A stretch of 42,530 nucleotides of DNA from a virus (Duplodnaviria; Caudoviricetes), in IMG/VR virus record IMGVR_UViG_3300037515_000545, positions 1-42,530 of that record. One strand, written 5' to 3'. The position numbers and the translations under genes were made by a program. The notes beneath the pieces are model-generated. The model was not told the origin of the DNA and ran no database searches. It was given only the letters and a program-made list of their open reading frames with translations. Each line of letters starts with the position of its first letter. Position 1 is the first letter of the stretch. Shown in pieces: positions 1-8,548 of this stretch.

Positions 1-127
1 ATGTCGATCCGGCGGCGGTGGAGTAGGGCGGACTCGTCGTATCCGGATTCGTCGTCTTCTGGGAACGACGCGTGGATACCGGTGGCGGACACCATGTCCA
101 ACGCCGCATGCAAAGCTTCCGCCCCGG
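1..127. repeat. Terminal direct repeat, copy 1 (assembly overlap of a circular contig)
   Basis: 1..127 is identical to 42404..42530, and an ORF reads through the junction. Confidence 0.95.
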
Positions 128-353
128 ACACCGCGTCGGCGTACGAGTCAGCCCACACGTCGAGTTGGATACGCGCCCGTGTCAGGGGGACGTTCCCCGA
201 AGCCAGATTGTGCAGGGTTGAGATGCGTTGGTAGACGACCGCCGGCAATGTCGGGTTGTCGGGCAGGCGGGACGGGTGGATTCGTGATCCGACCAGATTG
301 GTCACCCCGGTTTGTGTGAGTAGATAGGTTCTCAAATCAGCTTCAAGCGACAT
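1..353 (-). CDS. Tail terminator / tail completion protein (DUF3168-like), 5' part; continues across the origin to the stop at 42382
   Basis: Hand translation MSLEADLRTYLLTQTGVTNLVGSRIHPSRLPDNPTLPAVVYQRIS...RIQLDVWADSY...RRRIDMFCWKVS (124 aa). ATG overlaps the upstream TGA; lies between the gp10-like and tail tube genes. Confidence 0.85.
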   Translation of the reverse strand, partial: MSLEADLRTYLLTQTGVTNLVGSRIHPSRLPDNPTLPAVVYQRISTLHNLASGNVPLTRARIQLDVWADSYADAVSGAEALHAALDMVSATGIHASFPEDDESGYDESALLHRRRID

Positions 354-721
354 CAGCGGCTCGCGATCCGGATGGCCTCTTTGAGACGCTTCGTGATCTT
401 CTTCTTGACGACAGCGTCGGCCTTGTCGGCTATCGGGCGGATCAGCGGGGTGGCGCCGTGAACGCTTGTACCGAATTCATGCCAGCGTACTATCGCCGCT
501 CGGCCGCCTGTCTTCGACGGGCCGACAGCGACAGCACCCTTCCGTCTTTGGATGATGAACGTGTCGTGGGCTACGTTCAACGTGTCCTCCCGGTTCATGT
601 CGGCGGCCATCTCCTCACCCACTTCGGCAAGCCCGTCCATGATCAGGGCTTCGAGTTGGTCGTCGATCTGTTTGAGGGCGGCGACCAGGTTGTCGGCGCC
701 TTTCAGTTCGACTTCGATCAT
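353..721 (-). CDS. HK97 gp10-like tail completion/neck protein
   Basis: N-terminal ELKGADNL and C-terminal WHEFGTSVHGATPLIRP motifs; position. Confidence 0.8.
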   Translation of the reverse strand: MIEVELKGADNLVAALKQIDDQLEALIMDGLAEVGEEMAADMNREDTLNVAHDTFIIQRRKGAVAVGPSKTGGRAAIVRWHEFGTSVHGATPLIRPIADKADAVVKKKITKRLKEAIRIASR

Positions 722-1041
722 GGTCCTATCTCTTTCGCGGGAAGTTCGAGTTTGCGGACCCGGCCTTCCCGGTCGATCGGCGGCCCGACAATCTCAAGAG
801 TTCGGGTGCCGTCGACGACCCGCATGCCCGACAGGATGCCGGTGCGATACCGGATGATGACCGTGGTGGTGATCTGTGCGGAGAACGACCCGTCGCGGAT
901 GGTTTCAGTGGAGGACAGGTCGGTGATGTCAGCCCAGACGGTAGCGAACGTCGTCCAAGTGTCGAGGGGTTCACCGAACGTGTCGAAGGATGCCGACCGT
1001 TCCTGGATGGTCACCCGCCTGCGGAGCGACCCGGCCCTCAC
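718..1041 (-). CDS. Head-tail adaptor / head closure protein (SPP1 gp16-like)
   Basis: MRAGSLRRRVTIQ...W..FATVWA...IRYR..I...MRV signature. Confidence 0.9.
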   Translation of the reverse strand: MRAGSLRRRVTIQERSASFDTFGEPLDTWTTFATVWADITDLSSTETIRDGSFSAQITTTVIIRYRTGILSGMRVVDGTRTLEIVGPPIDREGRVRKLELPAKEIGP

Positions 1042-1616
1042 AGTATGTCTCCGACACGCCGGTTGACCAACAGTGATTTGAGGGTGGGCAGTTGCGCGAA
1101 GATCGTCCCGACGATGATGGCCTCACGGTTCTCATACATTTCGCCGACCATCAGCAGGATGGCGGTCTTGAAGACTTCGGGCACGGCTGCGGCGGCCCCG
1201 TACCCAGCCGTGTAGAGAACTCGGACTGCGGAATAGACGCGGGTGTCCGTCGGCCAGGAGGCGGAGTCTGCCAGGATGATCCGGTGCCGGTCGAGGGTGT
1301 CCTGGTTGTCGAGGATGTAGTCGGCTGCTGGGACTGTGCCAGTGGTTTCGTCGGGTTTCGTGTAGGTGATCGACGTGACCGCGATGGCGGGCGGGCGGGG
1401 GAGGATGATCGGCCCGGAACCGAACCCGTCGAAGGTTGCCTGCCAGGTGGCGGTGACCAACTGGCGACCCGTGTACTCCTCGACCCAGGAGGTGGCTGCC
1501 TGCAGTTGGGTGAGGATCAGCCCGTCGTCGTCGTCGACATCCACCCGCAAATGGTCTTTGGTGTCCGACAGGCTGACCGGCGGTTCAGATGGGGCGACCG
1601 TTTGGGTGAATCTCAT
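1038..1616 (-). CDS. Head-tail connector (gp6-like / phiE125 gp8 family)
   Basis: PVSL...KDHLRVD..DDD.LI...AA...VE.YTGR; YTAGYG..A..VP...K.AILL.V...YENRE. Confidence 0.9.
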   Translation of the reverse strand: MRFTQTVAPSEPPVSLSDTKDHLRVDVDDDDGLILTQLQAATSWVEEYTGRQLVTATWQATFDGFGSGPIILPRPPAIAVTSITYTKPDETTGTVPAADYILDNQDTLDRHRIILADSASWPTDTRVYSAVRVLYTAGYGAAAAVPEVFKTAILLMVGEMYENREAIIVGTIFAQLPTLKSLLVNRRVGDIL

Positions 1617-1999
1617 GGTGTGAACGTCCCTGTCACGGTTGCAGTGTCATTCTCCTGGCTGACCGCCGACGTGCCGGTGTACGCCGGGGTTGTGGACGGT
1701 TCCGACCCGACGGTGAACCGGCCTTGGGCTACCGTGCGGACTTCGCCGGTCACAGTGGCGAGACACTCCCACCGGTAGACACCGACAGGCACATCCATGT
1801 CCGCGGCGGTGACCGTCAGGTCTATCGCCACGTCGCCGGTCAGGTCGGCGGGAGTCAACCCGGTTTTGCCGATGACATCACCGACACGGAAGGTGACGTC
1901 TGTCAGGTCGGCGGCCACTGCAGCCGTGTCGATGAGGATGCGCAGGTCGAGGCCACGGTTGCGGTAGGCGTGTAGGTGGGTGGTCGGAATGTGGCTCAA
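1613..1999 (-). CDS. Virion structural protein, Ig/BppU-like beta domain plus one 24-aa fibre repeat
   Basis: Beta-rich, G.Y.W...T...G.F.V pattern; C-terminal YTGTSAVSQENDTATVTGTFTP repeat; coupled to neighbours. Confidence 0.6.
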   Translation of the reverse strand: MSHIPTTHLHAYRNRGLDLRILIDTAAVAADLTDVTFRVGDVIGKTGLTPADLTGDVAIDLTVTAADMDVPVGVYRWECLATVTGEVRTVAQGRFTVGSEPSTTPAYTGTSAVSQENDTATVTGTFTP

Positions 2000-3816
2000 A
2001 GTTCTCCTTCCACGATGATCCGGCCGACCGTTCCAACTCCGACAAGACTGGGCAGACTCCCGGGTACCACGACCGGCAGGAACGGCCCGTTAGAGCTAAA
2101 GCTGCCGGTGGCCGTAGACGTCTGGTTGGCTTGGCTGGCGGCCGCCGTGCCGGTGCGGGTTGGGATGGTGAACGTGCCCATACCCAACCCGGTTTGGGCG
2201 TCTTGGAAGGCTGCCAGGCTGCCGGTGAACAGCGGCGGGGTGAACAACCCTGACGCGGCGCTCGTGTTGTCTTCCTGTGTCCCGGCTGCCGTACCGGTGA
2301 CAGGGCCAGGGACAAACGTGCCGGTCGCCGTGGATGTGTCGTCCTCTTCGACAGCAGCCGCAGACCCGGTGAGAGTACCCGAGACGAACGTGCCCGACGC
2401 GGTGGACGTGTTGTCGGCTTGGGTCACCGCGGCGGTGGCAGTGAACGTCCCCGAGTCGAAAGTGCCCGACGCGGCCGAAGTCTGGTCGTCCTGTGTGGCG
2501 GCTGCCGACCCGGTGAAGACCGGGGCGGTGAACGTGCCTGTCGCTGTCGAAGTCTCGTCCTGTTGGGCGGCTGCGGCGGAACCGGTGAGAGTCGGATTGG
2601 TGAACGTCCCCGACGCTGACGACGTGTTGTCAGCCTGAGTGACCGCGGCGGAACCGGTGAACGAGTCGGCGGGTCCCACCGTGATTTGAGCTACTTCGGA
2701 ACCGGACGTCCAGGTTCCCGACCAGCCGAACACCTGATAGTCGTAGGCGGCTTCCGCCGGGGCGACGTCGGTGTACAGGTTGGGGACAGTCCGGGCTAAC
2801 GGTGTGTCACCGTCGGGGTCGAACACTGCACCGGTTTGGGGGGTGCGACGGAACACTGCGTAGTCCCAGCGGACACCCGACCCGGCGGACGTGTCGTCTC
2901 CTTGGGTGGGGCTGGCGGCACCGGTAAAGACGGGGGCGGTGAACGTACCGTTGGCGGTTGAAGTCTGGTCGTCTTGGACTGCTGCGCTTGAGCCGGTGAG
3001 GGTCGGGGTTGAGAATGAGCCGCTGGCAGTCGAAGTCTGGTTGTCTTGACTGGCGGCAGCCGAACCGACCAGTGTCGGATTCGTGAACGTGCCGCTAGCA
3101 GTGGACGTGTCGTCCTGTTGGGTGGGTGAGGCAGCACCGGTGCGGGTTGGTATGAAGAACGTGCCCGACGCGGTGGGCGTGTCGGCCTGCTGGCTGACGG
3201 CTGCGGACCCGGTGAAGGTTGGGGGAGTGTGAGTTCCTGCCGCTGCACTCGTGTCTGAAGCTTGGGTTACGGCCGCCGAACCGGTGAAGGTGGTAGAGGC
3301 TGGCGTGTAGGTGCCGGTGATCTCAGCGGCGAACACCCGTTCTTCAATGGCGTCCCCAGCCATGCTCTTGGTGATGACAAAGCGAAGTTCAACGATCGCC
3401 TCATCCCAGTCGGCTTTCGTCGCCGCGGTGTCGAGGCCGGTGAACTCATGGACAGACGAGTTGGTGGGGATGGTGGCGGTGATCCCCCCCGTTACGATTA
3501 TGTCGGCGTTGGTGAGTGCTGTGACACCGTCAGACTTGAACACCTTCGCGTCGATGCGGTCCCATGTGTTGTTGACTGGCGTGTCCGAGTTGGCGTAGCG
3601 GACCTGGATGGACAGGGTGTCCATATTCCCCAGATCCGAGTTCACGTTCTCGAGGGTGAACTTGGCTATCCCCGTATGAGACGTATTTGCAGTGTCGTGG
3701 ACGTTGGTGTTGTCGTCTGCCGAGGCGATCTCTTGGAGGACCGGCTCGGTGCCGGTGATCGCCGAGTCGTTGCCGTTAGTGAAGGTGCCGAGGGCGAGAG
3801 TGTTCAGGGTTGCCAT
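1996..3816 (-). CDS. Repeat-rich fibre-like virion protein (14 x 24-aa repeats plus a partial FN3-like insert)
   Basis: Consensus FTGSAAxTQxDxTSxASGTFxxPT in blocks of 6 and 8; located between capsid and connector genes. Confidence 0.75.
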   Translation of the reverse strand: MATLNTLALGTFTNGNDSAITGTEPVLQEIASADDNTNVHDTANTSHTGIAKFTLENVNSDLGNMDTLSIQVRYANSDTPVNNTWDRIDAKVFKSDGVTALTNADIIVTGGITATIPTNSSVHEFTGLDTAATKADWDEAIVELRFVITKSMAGDAIEERVFAAEITGTYTPASTTFTGSAAVTQASDTSAAAGTHTPPTFTGSAAVSQQADTPTASGTFFIPTRTGAASPTQQDDTSTASGTFTNPTLVGSAAASQDNQTSTASGSFSTPTLTGSSAAVQDDQTSTANGTFTAPVFTGAASPTQGDDTSAGSGVRWDYAVFRRTPQTGAVFDPDGDTPLARTVPNLYTDVAPAEAAYDYQVFGWSGTWTSGSEVAQITVGPADSFTGSAAVTQADNTSSASGTFTNPTLTGSAAAAQQDETSTATGTFTAPVFTGSAAATQDDQTSAASGTFDSGTFTATAAVTQADNTSTASGTFVSGTLTGSAAAVEEDDTSTATGTFVPGPVTGTAAGTQEDNTSAASGLFTPPLFTGSLAAFQDAQTGLGMGTFTIPTRTGTAAASQANQTSTATGSFSSNGPFLPVVVPGSLPSLVGVGTVGRIIVEGEL

Positions 3817-4085
3817 CAGGTCTCCCTACAACAGACGCCAGGTTCCGGCTGCCACCCCCCACACGACGTGATGTTCGGGTGTGCATCCCAAAACCGTTGC
3901 ACATTCTCCTGATAGCCGGGATCAGCGTGGACCGCCTCCCACGACCCGAGGACACGTCTCAACCCGCACACCCAACGTCTGCCAAGGATGGTGTTCTCCT
4001 CCAGATAACGGCACCGTTGCCCGTTGACGTAGCAACAGTGGTCGCCGTCCAGGGAACCTCGGCCCGTACAGTTAGAAGCTGGCAT
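3816..4085 (-). CDS. Cys-rich small protein (8 Cys; loosely YkgJ/CxxCxxCC-like)
   Basis: HCCY...CRYL...WVCG...CGGW...CC; overlaps both neighbours. Confidence 0.65.
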   Translation of the reverse strand: MPASNCTGRGSLDGDHCCYVNGQRCRYLEENTILGRRWVCGLRRVLGSWEAVHADPGYQENVQRFWDAHPNITSCGGWQPEPGVCCRET

Positions 4086-4920
4086 CCCACGTCAGGTCGA
4101 CGTTGGCACCGGTTTGGACGGCGGCAAGGTTCAGCGGGTCGAACGAACCCGACACGAACGTGCCGCTTGCGGTTGGCGTGTCGTTCGCCTGGGTTAGGCT
4201 TGCCGTCCCGGTGAAGACCGGCGGTGTGGACGTTCCCGCCGCCGAGGAGGTGTCGTTCTCTTGGGTTACCGCCGCCGACCCGGTGAACGTAGAAGAGCCA
4301 ATCTCGGATACGGCGATGGCGACGAATGCAACATCATCTGTTGCGCCCGTCCAGCCGATAGTGTGGTCGGCGGCGTCAACTGTCGTTTCGTAACAAGAAA
4401 CCCCACACCAAGCCCCAAAATCCTCGTCCTGGTCACGGGTGTTCCCGGTCACTTCTGTCAGGCTGGCGGGTCCAGCCAGACCGCTGCCTATCAGGCCGAT
4501 GCTTATCTTGTCTCGTCCCCCTGCTTGGAGCGTAACCTGGGGGTTGGCCTGGTTGTCAGCCAGAGAGTCGGAGTCGATGACTTCAAGGTCGGCATCACCC
4601 GACAACTCCCACACGACAAAATAGATGTCGGTGCCCGTAGCGGATATGAGGTCGGCGACAACGTCTTGTGTGCCTGCCGGAACGCCCGTACCCAGGAACC
4701 ACAGTTGGGCCGTGTTGGCCTCGCCGCCCACATCCTGGGCTTGCACCACCATGGAGAGAGCTACACCACCATAGGTAATGGTGCTGACAAGGACGGTGGT
4801 GGCCGCATGGATAACACCAACAACTATGCCCTCAGGTGTGCCCCCCGCATAAGAGAACGTCCACGGATCAGTGGTATCGATCCTGAAGGATTCTGCGGAG
4901 GCAACCCTGGCAACAGCCAT
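4072..4920 (-). CDS. Fibre-associated beta-rich virion protein with two 24-aa repeats
   Basis: Beta-sandwich-like N-terminus, two repeats, ends in PLNLAAVQTGANVDLTWDASF; RBS GGAG. Confidence 0.7.
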   Translation of the reverse strand: MAVARVASAESFRIDTTDPWTFSYAGGTPEGIVVGVIHAATTVLVSTITYGGVALSMVVQAQDVGGEANTAQLWFLGTGVPAGTQDVVADLISATGTDIYFVVWELSGDADLEVIDSDSLADNQANPQVTLQAGGRDKISIGLIGSGLAGPASLTEVTGNTRDQDEDFGAWCGVSCYETTVDAADHTIGWTGATDDVAFVAIAVSEIGSSTFTGSAAVTQENDTSSAAGTSTPPVFTGTASLTQANDTPTASGTFVSGSFDPLNLAAVQTGANVDLTWDASF

Positions 4921-4944
4921 TCGGTTCTCCCTACCCGGTCAGGA

Positions 4945-5337
4945 TCAGGCGTTCCCTGCTGTGACGGTGAACGAGCTGATCGCCACAGTCCCACCAGCGA
5001 CAAACGAAATGCTGTCGAAGTTCAAATCTGAACCTGACGCGGCGACGTTGCCGTCCATCACGTGAACGGCACCAGACGATTCGATCCGGAACCACGAGGC
5101 GGTCCCGGTCGCGTCGGCTGACGTGTCGTCGGCAATGGCGTTCAACGTCAACACCCCACCGGAGGCGGCAGCGGCGAACGTGGCGTTGCACACCTGTTCG
5201 GACAGTTTCGTTGTCTCCGCACCACCCGTCGCCGGGCGGGTTCCAGAGAAGACCTTGAGCAGCGCCGAGGCGCCGGCCAGGCCGGTGATCTCGTCGAGCT
5301 GGTTGTTACGCAGGGTTGCGTTATAGCCGAGAGCCAT
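4945..5337 (-). CDS. Small fibre/bead structural subunit (conserved phage protein)
   Basis: RN..LD.I...L.VFSGT.P...ADATGTASWFRI...DG.V...GSDL..DS.....G..V.ISSFT pattern, typical of post-capsid fibre genes. Confidence 0.7.
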   Translation of the reverse strand: MALGYNATLRNNQLDEITGLAGASALLKVFSGTRPATGGAETTKLSEQVCNATFAAAASGGVLTLNAIADDTSADATGTASWFRIESSGAVHVMDGNVAASGSDLNFDSISFVAGGTVAISSFTVTAGNA

Positions 5338-5480
5338 TATGTATCTTCCTCACATGTGTCAGCGTGGACGAGGACGATGCCTTCGTATCCACAGTCGGGG
5401 TTACCGCACGGTGAAGGCGGCGGGGTAAACGAGCCGTAGGCTTCGATCTTGTAGTCGTCTTGTTTGATGTCGGCGGCCAC
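5337..5480 (-). CDS. Hypothetical 47-aa protein
   Basis: AGGAG RBS, GTG start, MAADIKQDDYKIEAYGSFTPPPSPCGNPDCGYEG...; TAATG coupling to the next gene. Confidence 0.55.
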   Translation of the reverse strand: MAADIKQDDYKIEAYGSFTPPPSPCGNPDCGYEGIVLVHADTCEEDT

Positions 5481-5482
5481 AG

Positions 5483-5758
5483 CTACTCCTCACCTTCCGG
5501 CGGGGCGACCGAATCTTCAACGACCTCAACGGCCACAGGCTCGGCAGGTTTGGGTGCTGCCGGTTTCCGGGCGGCACGCTTCTGGCCGGGGTTTTTGACC
5601 GCCTGTTCGATGCCGAGCACGTCGTCGATCGTCTCGAACAGGTCGGGTTGGGCTTTCACCGCCGGGTCGTCGGAACGGACAAGAGCACCTTCGTAGATGA
5701 ACCGGCCACCCGGGTAGGCGATGGTCGCTTTAGCCCGTAGGGCTCGAACTTTCGGCAT
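5483..5758 (-). CDS. Hypothetical head-region protein
   Basis: AAGGAG RBS before MPKVRALRA...; fills the gap in the operon. Confidence 0.7.
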   Translation of the reverse strand: MPKVRALRAKATIAYPGGRFIYEGALVRSDDPAVKAQPDLFETIDDVLGIEQAVKNPGQKRAARKPAAPKPAEPVAVEVVEDSVAPPEGEE

Positions 5759-5769
5759 GGTCAGCTCCT

Positions 5770-6159
5770 TTATGGAAGGAAGTAGGCTTGGATCGAATAC
5801 GTCTTGGCTGTGGCGTCGCTCTTGGCGGCCTCGACACGCCACTTGTAGAGGAGGGAGGTCTTCTCCACCGCATTCGCCCGATCGGTCGGTGCGGACGGGT
5901 GGAGTAGCAGCATCGTCGTACCCACATTGGTGATCGCAGAACCTACAAGCGCATCGTCAATACCCGCACCATCGTCAGTTTCGACCGTGAGCGTGACAGT
6001 CCCGGTAGTCGCTGCCGTCACATCAAGGACGATGAGGACACCCCGGTATTGGGATGGAATCCCGTCGTACCACTGAGACGTGGAAGTTTCGGTGTGGGCG
6101 GCGGAGGCGAGCACGGTGACAGGTTGGGGCGGGTCGAACCCGAATTGTGGTTTAGCCAT
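5770..6159 (-). CDS. Putative capsid decoration protein (beta jelly-roll-like)
   Basis: Directly after the capsid gene, AAGGAG RBS, beta-rich; resembles the C-terminal domain of 41667..42380. Confidence 0.6.
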   Translation of the reverse strand: MAKPQFGFDPPQPVTVLASAAHTETSTSQWYDGIPSQYRGVLIVLDVTAATTGTVTLTVETDDGAGIDDALVGSAITNVGTTMLLLHPSAPTDRANAVEKTSLLYKWRVEAAKSDATAKTYSIQAYFLP

Positions 6160-6169
6160 AGGAGGCTCC

Positions 6170-6215
6170 TTAAAAAGAGTGGGGTAGGGACCGGGGCTGA
6201 TCGCCCCGGTCCCTA
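6170..6215 (-). terminator. Hairpin/terminator after the major capsid gene
   Basis: 13-bp stem TAGGGACCGGGGC/GCCCCGGTCCCTA (6185..6215), followed on the minus strand by CCCCACTCTTTTT. Confidence 0.7.
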
Positions 6216-6226
6216 ATCCGGGGTTA

Positions 6227-7687
6227 CTAGGCAGCCGTCACGATGTTGAGAACGCGGAACGCGTCATCGACGATCGAGTCGGCACCGACACGCCAGTGGG
6301 CTAACCATCCACGCTCACCCGTCGGGAAGTTGGCGGAACCGCCAACCAGGTTCGGGATGAACTCGAGGGACAGGCCGATACGGTCGACGATCACGTAATG
6401 CTCGAAGTTGCCGTAGAGCAGGACATGGTTGTCCTCGGTGGCGGCCGTGTCGATGTCGGCGAAGGCGTCCATGTCCGAAGACTCGAACAGCCTCTTACCC
6501 AACATGACCGGCGGGGTGTCACCAGCAAGGTCGGTGAGGAACCCGTGGTAGTTGTTGGCCGTGGCGAACTGGCGGATCGTGTTGATCGTCGACAGTTCCG
6601 CAAGCCACACGGCTCCAGCCCGGTAGCGGGGCGGCAGCGCCTGCATCACCCGGTAGACGTCCGACACCTGCATCGAACCTTCAGCGCCGGAGTCGGCAAC
6701 TTCGGAGGCTGTACCGTCCAACGCGGTGAGAATCCCGGTCGGTTCGGTCGTACCGGCACCACGATGGAACGCGGTCCCTTCGAGACGGTCCTTCGCGTCG
6801 GCGATGACCACACCGATATCCGATTCAATCGCCTGGTAATCCTCGATGATCTCGAACGAACCACGCACGAACGCGAGGCCCTTGTAGACGGGAATGTTCG
6901 GCTGTGCGAACGTGACCGTCGACTCAGACGCTTCCGACGACTCGGCCAGCCACGCGGCGGTGGCACCAGCCGAAGACAGACCGTTCCACGCGTCGGACAC
7001 GATCGACACCTGGCGGGCCACCTGACGGATCGGGTTGGACGTTCCAGCGTTGGTCAGGATGAGCGTCGGGTCGAGGGTGAACGGGACGGCGAAACCGCCC
7101 TGCGAACCGGTCAAACCCATCGCAGTCCTGTACTCCTCGAGGGAGGCGACCGCGGTCCGCTCATCATGGGTCCACAGGTCCTGACGGCCGGCCATCGCCT
7201 TAGCGAAGGCCTTCCGGTAGTCGTCGTTGCCGGTGCGGATGATCAGGTTGGGGATGATCCCACGAGGATCGTTGACAGTCGACAGCTTCTGGCTGACAGC
7301 CTGCTTCTGGTCGTCGGACATGTACGACTCGACCTCTTCGACAGCAGTGTGGGCACGGCTGCGAAGCTCGCTGGTTGGAGTGTTCCAACGCAGGTCGTTC
7401 AAGTCGAACGGGTCCTTCTTTACATGCTGGTTGACCCGAAGGTCGACACCGTCGACCAGATGCTTCTTGTCGGCGGCGAGCTTGTCGAGACGGTCCAACC
7501 TTTGCAGTTGGCCGTCGATCTTCACCCGCTCTTCCGCGAGCTCGGCGAGGACGCCTTCACGTTCTGCGAACTTCTCTTCGTCCTGTTCGGACGTGTCCAA
7601 GTCGGCTTCGGTGCGTTGCTCTTCGATGAGCTGTTCTGCTTCTTCGGCGATCGCCACAAGGCGCGCCTCAAGCTTTTGACGGTCCAT
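6227..7687 (-). CDS. Major capsid protein, HK97 fold, with N-terminal delta (scaffold) domain
   Basis: Coiled-coil N-terminus; GGFAVP, W.AE, G.GT.EP.GI, LLYGNF..Y.IVDRIG motifs. Confidence 0.95.
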   Translation of the reverse strand: MDRQKLEARLVAIAEEAEQLIEEQRTEADLDTSEQDEEKFAEREGVLAELAEERVKIDGQLQRLDRLDKLAADKKHLVDGVDLRVNQHVKKDPFDLNDLRWNTPTSELRSRAHTAVEEVESYMSDDQKQAVSQKLSTVNDPRGIIPNLIIRTGNDDYRKAFAKAMAGRQDLWTHDERTAVASLEEYRTAMGLTGSQGGFAVPFTLDPTLILTNAGTSNPIRQVARQVSIVSDAWNGLSSAGATAAWLAESSEASESTVTFAQPNIPVYKGLAFVRGSFEIIEDYQAIESDIGVVIADAKDRLEGTAFHRGAGTTEPTGILTALDGTASEVADSGAEGSMQVSDVYRVMQALPPRYRAGAVWLAELSTINTIRQFATANNYHGFLTDLAGDTPPVMLGKRLFESSDMDAFADIDTAATEDNHVLLYGNFEHYVIVDRIGLSLEFIPNLVGGSANFPTGERGWLAHWRVGADSIVDDAFRVLNIVTAA

Positions 7688-7714
7688 TACGGACTCCTTG
7701 AAAACAGGCCGGAC

Positions 7715-8548
7715 TTATTTGCCGGCGGCGATGGCGAACAACACTTCGCTGTTCGCTATGGACACCTGCGGCTGCGCCAACGAGGCAGCGGCGGCGGCAG
7801 TGTCTAACGCGCAGACCTTGTCTCGGAGGTCGGGGTCCTGTAGAAACAGGGCCCGGATGTCCGGCTCAGGGTCGGCGAGAAATCTGAATGCGTAGGCGGC
7901 TTGGGATGCGCGGCGGGTTACCCCTGCGGCGGTTAGAGAACCGTCCATTGCGGCGAGAGCCGACCGCTTGTAACCGAGATGCCGGAAGCCGGCGGCGGAG
8001 GCTTCGGCGGTGGTCGTCGGAAACGCGGGGAACACGACAGGCCCGACTTCGTACAGGTCGGCCCGAAGGATCGTACGGAGAGGCACTTCGAGGTCGTTGT
8101 CCTCCGAAGGCTCCTCCCACGTCTCCTTTTCAACCCGGAACCAGACGCTCGAGCCGGTCACGTCCCCCCGTGCGACCCGGGCGTGGATGCCGACAGCGTT
8201 CGGGTCGTCAGGGTTGACGATCGCCTCGTAGTGCAAACCCTCGTCGTCGTCGGTGAGGGTGAGCGTGTCGGGGGTGCGGGCGATCAGATTGTTGAGGTCG
8301 TGGTTCATCGTCGAAACAATGTCGGCGTTGGCTCGGGTGATAGCCCCCCGCCAGGCGCCGACGGCGAGCTGCTCATCCCACTCCTCGAACCAGCCTTCAA
8401 TCCGAGTCACCTGGTCATACGGCGAGCCGAGACCGCTGATTGTCATGATGTCGTCGTCGGTGTCGGCGGACACGTCGCGGGTGTAGCCGCGGGCTTCCAG
8501 GCCGCCCGGGCCGAGCTCTCTTTGGAATCGGTCTCTGGTGTCAGTCAT
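7715..8548 (-). CDS. HK97-family prohead protease
   Basis: NHD, L.L.DD..GL, RGDVTGSSV.F, LYEVGPVVFPAFP motifs. Confidence 0.92.
   Translation of the reverse strand: MTDTRDRFQRELGPGGLEARGYTRDVSADTDDDIMTISGLGSPYDQVTRIEGWFEEWDEQLAVGAWRGAITRANADIVSTMNHDLNNLIARTPDTLTLTDDDEGLHYEAIVNPDDPNAVGIHARVARGDVTGSSVWFRVEKETWEEPSEDNDLEVPLRTILRADLYEVGPVVFPAFPTTTAEASAAGFRHLGYKRSALAAMDGSLTAAGVTRRASQAAYAFRFLADPEPDIRALFLQDPDLRDKVCALDTAAAAASLAQPQVSIANSEVLFAIAAGK

Noticed and set aside
2095-3290. 72-bp periodic repeats as a CRISPR array or DGR template/variable repeats
   Set aside because: They are degenerate in-frame coding repeats without a repeat-spacer structure, and no cas or reverse transcriptase gene is present.
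6398-7807. Long plus-strand ORFs (also 10810..11922, 25904..26935, 39053..39808, 39184..40713)
   Set aside because: They are antisense shadows of well-supported minus-strand genes in high-GC DNA, with no motifs of their own.
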